DNA of 14,524 nucleotides, taken from Myxococcota bacterium (lineage in GTDB: Bacteria > Myxococcota > XYA12-FULL-58-9 > JALHOP01). Each line of letters starts with the position of its first letter. Position 1 is the stretch's first letter. Location: contig JBGGMJ010000173.1 in the NCBI GenBank assembly GCA_041288095.1, forward strand, positions 1 to 14,524, in the 5' to 3' direction. Below, piece after piece: positions 8,751-14,524 of this stretch. Both the position numbers and the translations under genes were made by a program. A model generated the notes under the pieces. The model did no database searches. It was not told the DNA's origin and worked only from the letters and a program-made list of their open reading frames with translations.

Positions 8751-10151
8751 TTAGGGGTTCAAGACATCGAGCCGACGCTCGAGCTCGAGCACTTCTTTGC
8801 GCAGAGCCGCGTCGGTCTTCAGGAGCGAATCGACCTTCTTGCAGGCGCTCATGATGGTCGTATGGTCCTTGTCGCCGAAGCGCGTACCGAGCTCGGGGAA
8901 CGAGGCGCCGGCGTGCTTGCGGCAGAGGTACATGGCGACCTGGCGCGGGCGCACGAGGATGCGCTGGCGCCGCGAGCTCTTCAGGTCGGCGATCTTCACC
9001 TGGTAATAGCTTGCCACGAGCTTTTGAATCGACTCGACGCTCAGCGAGAGCGATCGGCTCTGCAGGATGTCCGCCAAAACGGCCTGGGCGTAGTCGACGT
9101 TGAGCGGCTGACCGGTGAGGGACGCGTGCGCCATCAAGCGCACCAGCGCTCCTTCGAGCTCACGCACGTTGCTGCGGATGTTCTTGGCGAGAAAGAAAAT
9201 GACCTCGTCGGCCAAGACAACGCGCTCGCTGTCGGCCTTCTTGCGCAAGATGGCGACGCGGGTCTCGATTTCCGGCGGCTGGACGTCGGCGATGAGGCCC
9301 CACTGGAAGCGATTGCGCAGGCGCTCCTCGATGTCGGGGATCTCGTGCGGGAGCTTGTCGCTGGTGACCACGATCTGGCGCTGCGAGTCGTAGAGCGTGT
9401 TGAAGATGTGGAAGAATTCGTGCTGCGTGCGGTCTTTGCCGGCGATGAGCTGAATGTCGTCGACCAAGAACACGTCGCAGTTGCGGCGGTACTTGTTGTG
9501 GAACTCGTCGAGCTTCGAGAAACGCACCGCGTTGATGACCTCGTTCACGAAGGCTTCCGACGAGGTGTAGATGATGCGGGCGCGCGGCTTTTCCCTGAGG
9601 ATCTGGTGGCCGATGGCCGAGAGCAGGTGCGTCTTGCCGAGACCGACGCCGCCGAAGAGGAACAGCGGGTTGTAGCTCGACGCGGGGTTTTCGGCGACAG
9701 CCTTGCACGCGGCGAAGGCGAACTGGTTCGACGGGCCGGAGACGAAGGAGTCGAAGACGTAGCGGCTGTTGAGCTGGCGCGATTCCCGTTTCTCGAGATC
9801 CACGGTTTCGGTGACGCCGCTGCGCTCCGTCGGGCTCTCCGGCGGCGCATGGGTCTCGTCATCGGCCGACGTGTCCGCGAGACGCAGCTCGGGATTCACG
9901 ATCCAATCCACGGCGACGGATTCGCCGGCGACGAGCGAGAGCTCGTCACGAATGAAATCGACGTAGTGATCGCGCAGCCAGTCGCGCGCGAACTGATCGC
10001 GGACCTCGAGCACCACGGTGGCGTTCTCGTAGCGGGAGCAGCGGATGGGCGCGAGCCAGCTATCGATGACGTGTGCCGACAGTTTGCCCGCCGCCGCCGT
10101 CAAGAAGCCGCCCCACAACTCCGTCGCCGTCTTGGTCATCAGCTCAGTCAC
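8751..10151 (-). CDS. dnaA: Chromosomal replication initiator DnaA
   Basis: YNPLFLFGGVGLGKTHL, FLVDDIQ, RELEGAL and PRQVAMYL...DHTT. GTG 10151 chosen because GAGG lies 7 nt upstream (ATG 10139 and ATG 10196 are alternatives). Confidence 0.98.
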   Translation of the reverse strand: MTELMTKTATELWGGFLTAAAGKLSAHVIDSWLAPIRCSRYENATVVLEVRDQFARDWLRDHYVDFIRDELSLVAGESVAVDWIVNPELRLADTSADDETHAPPESPTERSGVTETVDLEKRESRQLNSRYVFDSFVSGPSNQFAFAACKAVAENPASSYNPLFLFGGVGLGKTHLLSAIGHQILREKPRARIIYTSSEAFVNEVINAVRFSKLDEFHNKYRRNCDVFLVDDIQLIAGKDRTQHEFFHIFNTLYDSQRQIVVTSDKLPHEIPDIEERLRNRFQWGLIADVQPPEIETRVAILRKKADSERVVLADEVIFFLAKNIRSNVRELEGALVRLMAHASLTGQPLNVDYAQAVLADILQSRSLSLSVESIQKLVASYYQVKIADLKSSRRQRILVRPRQVAMYLCRKHAGASFPELGTRFGDKDHTTIMSACKKVDSLLKTDAALRKEVLELERRLDVLNP

Positions 10152-10161
10152 GAAACAACCT

Positions 10162-10695
10162 CTACCCACAGCTTCGCGCCCCCCGGCGCTCTGCATCGAT
10201 TCGACGTAACCGTGCGTGGCACGGCGAGAAATCGCGACGCCCGTCGCGACTGTCCACCGCGCTTCACACGCGGATCACAAAGATATCCACAGGGTGTTTG
10301 GGCTGGATCGCTTTGCAGTTGAAAAGTCGTGCGACGAAGAGGTCGATACGACGCGATCACCCTGCCCCCGTCTGCGCACCATGGTGGAGCACAGCAGAAT
10401 GGGAACGACGTCCCGCCGAGGGACGGGACACTTGAAAACGGGACACTTTGCCTGTGTGGCGAATGCGCGACGCGGAAGCGACGCTTGGCGCGATCTACGC
10501 AAAGCGAAAATCACGGTCAAGACACAAGTCGCATCATCGCGTGGACAGCCTGTGCGGTTGCGTTTGCGCGGGAATTTCGTCGCGGAAAATTCACGCAAGC
10601 GTGGCATGCATCGTGCTGTGGACAACCAAGCAACAGTCTTCGCGTTAAGTGCCGCGAGGGGGGGCGTCCGCGATGGCGGACAAAGGCGTGGATAA
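10162..10695. promoter_or_regulatory. DnaA box cluster upstream of dnaA
   Basis: ATATCCACA 10283-10291 (+), TTGTCCACA 10617-10625 (-) and TTATCCACG 10687-10695 (-), each one mismatch from TTATCCACA. Weaker: CTACCCACA 10162-10170, CTGTCCACC 10250-10258, CTGTCCACG 10540-10548 (-). Confidence 0.75.
10423..10448. repeat. 11-bp direct repeat ACGGGACACTT
   Basis: Exact copies at 10423-10433 and 10438-10448 (15-bp period). Confidence 0.7.
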
Positions 10696-10697
10696 TG

Positions 10698-10759
10698 GGG
10701 ACACCAACCATTTTCCAAAGGGGGGCGATGGCGGCTCGGTCGAAAATGGATGGTGTCCC
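10698..10759. repeat. 18-bp inverted repeat (17/18 pairs) with 26-nt loop
   Basis: GGGACACCAACCATTTTC (10698-10715) pairs with GAAAATGGATGGTGTCCC (10742-10759); one A-A mismatch. Confidence 0.85.
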
Positions 10760-10813
10760 TGGACGGCCGTTCAGCCCCCCCCTCTCCCAACCCCCTTCTC
10801 CGTCTTTCGATCG

Positions 10814-10842
10814 TTGACTTCCTGAAACCACCTAGGTAAGTC
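10814..10842 (+). promoter_or_regulatory. Possible sigma70-type promoter for rpmH
   Basis: TTGACT (10814-10819), 17-nt spacer, weak -10 TAAGTC. Confidence 0.3.
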
Positions 10843-10866
10843 GCCACGCTCTTTTGGAGTGTCCCG

Positions 10867-11016
10867 ATGAAGCGCACGTTTCAACCGCACAATAAGCGCC
10901 GCAAAAAGGTGCACGGATTTCGCAGCCGTATGGCGACCGCCGCCGGCCGTAAGGTCCTGAAGCGCCGCCGCACCAAGGGCCGCAAGGTCCTGACGGTCAA
11001 GGTCAGCGGCAAGTAA
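10867..11016 (+). CDS. rpmH: 50S ribosomal protein L34
   Basis: Not in the ORF track. [49 protein letters not shown] (49 aa); GGAG RBS at 10856-10859. Confidence 0.98.
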   Translation: MKRTFQPHNKRRKKVHGFRSRMATAAGRKVLKRRRTKGRKVLTVKVSGK

Positions 11017-11032
11017 GACGCGAAGCTGTGCC

Positions 11033-11389
11033 ATGGGCAAGATCGCGCGTCTCACTGATCGTCGCGATTTCGTCCGCGTGCAGAGCGAAGGACGGCGCGT
11101 TCGTAGCGGACACATCGCCGTTCTCGTCCTACCGACACCCGATGCCCCTCCTGGCAGCCCACCGCGTGTCGGTTTCACGGTTAGCCGCAAAGTCGGCAAT
11201 GCCGTTGTCCGCAATCGCGTACGGCGTCGCCTGCGCGAGCTCGCCCGTGTCCACTCCCCATGTTTGAGTCCGTCCTTCGACTACGTCGTCATCGCCTACC
11301 CGGCCGCGGCCGACGCGCCGTTCGTACGGTTGCGCGACGAGCTCGGCGACCTCTTCGCACGCGCCGGGCAGATGGCCGCAGCGCGTTAG
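11033..11389 (+). CDS. rnpA: Ribonuclease P protein component
   Basis: RVGFTVSRKVGNAVVRNRVRRRLRE (RNR motif); follows rpmH. Confidence 0.97.
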   Translation: MGKIARLTDRRDFVRVQSEGRRVRSGHIAVLVLPTPDAPPGSPPRVGFTVSRKVGNAVVRNRVRRRLRELARVHSPCLSPSFDYVVIAYPAAADAPFVRLRDELGDLFARAGQMAAAR

Positions 11390-11412
11390 ATCTACGGCCA
11401 CGCCCCGCCGGC

Positions 11413-11658
11413 GTGTTCGCTCTCGCGGACGCTTTTCTGTCGCTCGTCTTCATCGGCGTCATCGCCGTGTATCGGCGAAGCCTCGCCTACTTCATCGGCG
11501 GGCGCTGCCGCTTCTATCCGAGCTGCTCTTGCTACGCGCAGGAAGCGCTTTACGTCCACGGCTTGCGTCGCGGCTTGTGGCTCACAGGGCGGCGCCTCTT
11601 GCGCTGCCATCCTTACCACCCGGGCGGCGTCGATCTGGTCCCGCCCGTGAGGCCCTGA
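11413..11658 (+). CDS. yidD: Membrane protein insertion efficiency factor YidD
   Basis: CRFYPSCSCYA and LLRCHPYHPGGVDLVP. GTG 11413 avoids a long overlap with rnpA; exact start uncertain. Confidence 0.93.
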   Translation: MFALADAFLSLVFIGVIAVYRRSLAYFIGGRCRFYPSCSCYAQEALYVHGLRRGLWLTGRRLLRCHPYHPGGVDLVPPVRP

Positions 11659-11665
11659 TTTTGAA

Positions 11666-13318
11666 ATGCAGCTGACCGAGCAGCAACGCGTCGTCACCGC
11701 GGTCGTCGCCTGCATGGCGATCCTCTTCGTGTGGCAGTTCTTCTTCTCGCCGCCGCCGCCTCAGGAAGAGCCGGTCGCGCAGCGCTCCGCCGAGGACATC
11801 CCGGTGAAGGGCGAGGCCATCGAGCCCAACGACCCGAAGCCGCTGCCGGCGGCCGAGCCGGTTGCCGCCGAGGCCGCCAAATACGAAGAGAAGCGCTTGC
11901 CGGTCGTGAACGGCCTCTACCGCGCCCAGCTCACGACCACCGACGCGGCGTTCACCAAGTTCGAGCTCGCGCAGTACGACGAGGCGGTCTGGGTTCGCGA
12001 CGGCAAGGAAGTAAAACAAGACCGCTCCCGCGAGCAGCCGGTTTCGCTCGTGACCGCTGAAGCGGACGGCGCCCCCCGGCAAGCGCGCTTGCGCCTCGAT
12101 GTCGGCGGCAAGCCGCTCTCGATCCCGTTCGTCGAGCAGGTGTCGCAGGTCGCGGGTCGTATCGATCTCGCCGGGACCGCCGACGGCCTGCAGGTCGTCG
12201 CCGAGATCATCCCGGATCCGGCCGCCTATCAGCTCGCCTACGAAGTGCGCGTCACCAACCAGGGGAGCGCTCCGCGGACCGTCTCACCGATGGTCACCTT
12301 CGGCCTCGAGCAATTCGGTGGCGACGGCAGCATGTTCGCGCCGGCCCCCGACCAGGTGCACGGCCTGTGCGTCGTCAACGGTAGCGTCGAGCGCAAAGCG
12401 GTGAACGACGTCGACGAAGGCGAACCGTTCGCATCGAGCGAAGCCGCCGGCTGGGCGGGCATCGACCGCCAGTACTTCCTGGTCGCCTTGCTGCCCGACG
12501 TCGAGGGCAAAAATCGCTGCAAGATCGAAGCGCAGGGAAAGACGCTCTGGCTCGACTACTATTTGGCCGCGGGCGACATCGCGCCCGGACAAACCGCCGT
12601 TCGCAAGTTCAGGATCTACGCCGGTCCGAAGCGCGACTCGGAGATGATGCGCGTCTCCCCGCTCTTGAAGGAAGCGATCAACTACTCGCTCTGGGGCATC
12701 CCCCTGGGGTTCCTCGCCCGCCCGATGGTCTTCCTCATGAACCTGTTCCACGGTTGGACCGGATCCTGGGGCGTTGCCATCATGTGCCTCACCTTCCTGG
12801 TGAAGCTGCTCCTGTTCCCCGTGACCTACCGCAGCGTCATGTCGATGCGGAAAATGCAGCTCTTGAAGCCCGAGCTCGACAAGCTCAAGAAGCAGCACGA
12901 GGGCGACAAAGAGCGCCAGCAGCTCGAGCAGATGAAGCTCTTCCGCGAGCGCGGCGTGAACCCCATCGGCGGCTGCCTACCGATGCTGTTGCAGATGCCG
13001 GTCTGGTTCGCCCTCTACCGCATGCTCTGGAGCTCGGTGGACCTCTATCACCAGCCCTTCCTGTGGATTTCGGACCTTACGCACGCCGAGACCTTCCCGA
13101 TCATGGCCATTTGCGTGGGTGCGCTGACCTTCGTGCAGCAAAAGACCACCCCGACGACCATGGATTCTCAGCAGATGAAGATGATGATGTACGTCATGCC
13201 GGTCATGTTCAGCGTGTTCCTCATCGCGCTGCCTTCCGGCCTGGTCCTCTACATCTTGGTCAACTCCATCTTGACCATCCTTCAGCAGCTGGCTATCAAC
13301 CGGCGCCAGCCTGCGTAG
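11666..13318 (+). CDS. yidC: Membrane protein insertase YidC (with periplasmic domain)
   Basis: N-terminal TM, WAGIDRQYFL, YAGPK, GSWGVAI, NPIGGCLPMLLQMPVWFALY and PSGLVLY; 550 aa. Confidence 0.98.
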   Translation: MQLTEQQRVVTAVVACMAILFVWQFFFSPPPPQEEPVAQRSAEDIPVKGEAIEPNDPKPLPAAEPVAAEAAKYEEKRLPVVNGLYRAQLTTTDAAFTKFELAQYDEAVWVRDGKEVKQDRSREQPVSLVTAEADGAPRQARLRLDVGGKPLSIPFVEQVSQVAGRIDLAGTADGLQVVAEIIPDPAAYQLAYEVRVTNQGSAPRTVSPMVTFGLEQFGGDGSMFAPAPDQVHGLCVVNGSVERKAVNDVDEGEPFASSEAAGWAGIDRQYFLVALLPDVEGKNRCKIEAQGKTLWLDYYLAAGDIAPGQTAVRKFRIYAGPKRDSEMMRVSPLLKEAINYSLWGIPLGFLARPMVFLMNLFHGWTGSWGVAIMCLTFLVKLLLFPVTYRSVMSMRKMQLLKPELDKLKKQHEGDKERQQLEQMKLFRERGVNPIGGCLPMLLQMPVWFALYRMLWSSVDLYHQPFLWISDLTHAETFPIMAICVGALTFVQQKTTPTTMDSQQMKMMMYVMPVMFSVFLIALPSGLVLYILVNSILTILQQLAINRRQPA

Positions 13319-13404
13319 AGATTCATCTGGTTCTCGAGAGGCTGCGAAGCACAACCTGACGTCGCGCGAAGCAGCTAGACCGCGCGCCACCGCGAGAGAG
13401 TTTC

Positions 13405-14524
13405 ATGCCCCGTCAAGAGTTCCGCGGCCGTAGCGCTGCTGAAGCCGCAATCAAAGCCTGCGAGTCGCTCGGCGTCTCGCGCGCCGCGCTGAAGTATGAC
13501 GTCGTGTCCGAGTCCGGTGAGGGCTTGGCTCGTGTGGTGACCATCGCCGTCGAGGCGAGTGAGCGTCCGCCCCGCGAGGAGCGTCCTCGTGACGACCGCC
13601 CGCGTGAGGACCGTCCTCCGCGTGATGATCGCTCGCGTGAGCGTGGCCCGTCGCGTGACGGCGGCCCGTCGATGAGCGACGAGAACCCGGACCGCGTAGA
13701 GAGTCGTGATGCCGGCGGCGAGAGCCGTGACCGTGGCGGCGACCGTGATCGCGGTGGCGACCGTGGCGGCGCTGATCGTGGCGGCGCGCGTCGTGAGAGC
13801 CGCGGCGGTGGTGGCGATCGTGGTGGCGGTGATCGTGACCGTGGCGGCGACCGGAGCCGTGGACGTCGTGGCGGCCGTGGCCGTGGCGGTGACCGTGATC
13901 GCGGTGGCCGTGGTGATCGTGGCGGCGGCCGTGACCGTGGCCGTGGGCCGCGTCCCGGGGGTCCGGATGACGACGGAATCGAATCGTTGCTGAACATGAA
14001 CACGGTGCCGGCGAGCGACGTTCCCGAGCGTCCCGAGGTCAGCGCCGTGTTGTCGGCTCGCGCGCAGCGCGCCAAGACCGCTCTCGAAGAGATGGTCAAG
14101 CGCATGGGCGTCGGTCTCGCGGTGCGCGTCGTTCAAGACGAGCAAGACGAGATCCACTTCGACTTGAAGGGCGACGACACCCAGCGCGTCATCGGCAAGA
14201 AGGGCGAGGCCCTGTTGTCGCTGCAGTTCTTGCTCAATCGCATCGTCGCGCGTGACGAGGACGGCGAGCAGCACGTGGTGCTCGACGCCGCGGGTTATCG
14301 CCACCGCCGCCGTGCCGCTTTGGCGGACCTGGCGAAGCGTCTCGCGACCCGCGCGGTTGCCGAGCGCAAGGTGGTGCGCCTGTCGCCGATGAGCGCGCAC
14401 GACCGCCGCATCTTCCACATCACCCTGCAAGAGATGGACGGGGTCAGCACCCGTTCGCAGGGCGACGGCTTGTATCGGCCGCTCCTCATCATCCCGCAAT
14501 CGCCGGATGAGCAGGACGACCGCG
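13405..14524 (+). CDS. jag: Jag/KhpB (EloR) RNA-binding protein: Jag_N, RGG-rich linker, KH, R3H; stop codon beyond the window
   Basis: Not in the ORF track. MPRQEFRGRSAAEAAIKACESLGV (Jag_N), KH loop VIGKKGEALLSLQFL, LDAAGYR and R3H PMSAHDRRIFH; follows yidC. Confidence 0.95.
   Translation, partial: MPRQEFRGRSAAEAAIKACESLGVSRAALKYDVVSESGEGLARVVTIAVEASERPPREERPRDDRPREDRPPRDDRSRERGPSRDGGPSMSDENPDRVESRDAGGESRDRGGDRDRGGDRGGADRGGARRESRGGGGDRGGGDRDRGGDRSRGRRGGRGRGGDRDRGGRGDRGGGRDRGRGPRPGGPDDDGIESLLNMNTVPASDVPERPEVSAVLSARAQRAKTALEEMVKRMGVGLAVRVVQDEQDEIHFDLKGDDTQRVIGKKGEALLSLQFLLNRIVARDEDGEQHVVLDAAGYRHRRRAALADLAKRLATRAVAERKVVRLSPMSAHDRRIFHITLQEMDGVSTRSQGDGLYRPLLIIPQSPDEQDDR
13561..13968 (+). repeat. 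Low-complexity coding repeats (R-P-R-D/E and D-R-G-G) in the jag linker
   Basis: Degenerate GACCGTGGCGGC-type units; 11 RGG tripeptides counted between 13732 and 13926. Confidence 0.9.

Noticed and set aside
8862..10322. 486-aa plus-strand ORF
   Set aside because: Antisense shadow of dnaA.
10216..10877. Several overlapping ORFs in the dnaA-rpmH spacer
   Set aside because: Arg/Pro/Cys-rich translations with no motifs; the region is better explained as regulatory DNA.
13375..14499. Thr/Ala-rich 374-aa minus ORF and alternative-frame repeat ORFs; possible CRISPR or VNTR
   Set aside because: All derive from the low-complexity jag linker; the repeats are degenerate and codon-phased with no spacers.

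Overview
High-GC chromosomal replication-origin region of a diderm bacterium (Myxococcota/deltaproteobacterium-like; lineage is inference only). Minus strand, right to left: dnaA, a stand-alone receiver protein, an AI-2E family transporter with a C-terminal extension, an oriC-like intergenic segment, dnaN, recF, three overlapping envelope genes (monoheme cytochrome c lipoprotein, YceI protein, CxxCH/beta-barrel fusion) and gyrB (cut by the window edge). Plus strand: rpmH, rnpA, yidD, yidC and jag/khpB (cut by the edge). Highlights: (1) GyrB breaks off at IIIM|(TDADVDG) into an intein-like N-terminus; (2) a cytochrome-YceI-cytochrome/porin module overlaps recF and sits between recF and gyrB, a candidate trans-envelope redox system; (3) a B. 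subtilis-like unwinding module (overlapping DnaA boxes, GC cluster, DnaA-trios, GATC cluster) is separated from dnaA by two extra genes; (4) the dnaA-rpmH spacer holds an 18-bp inverted repeat and a recurrent GGGACAC motif; (5) Jag has a long RGG-rich linker.
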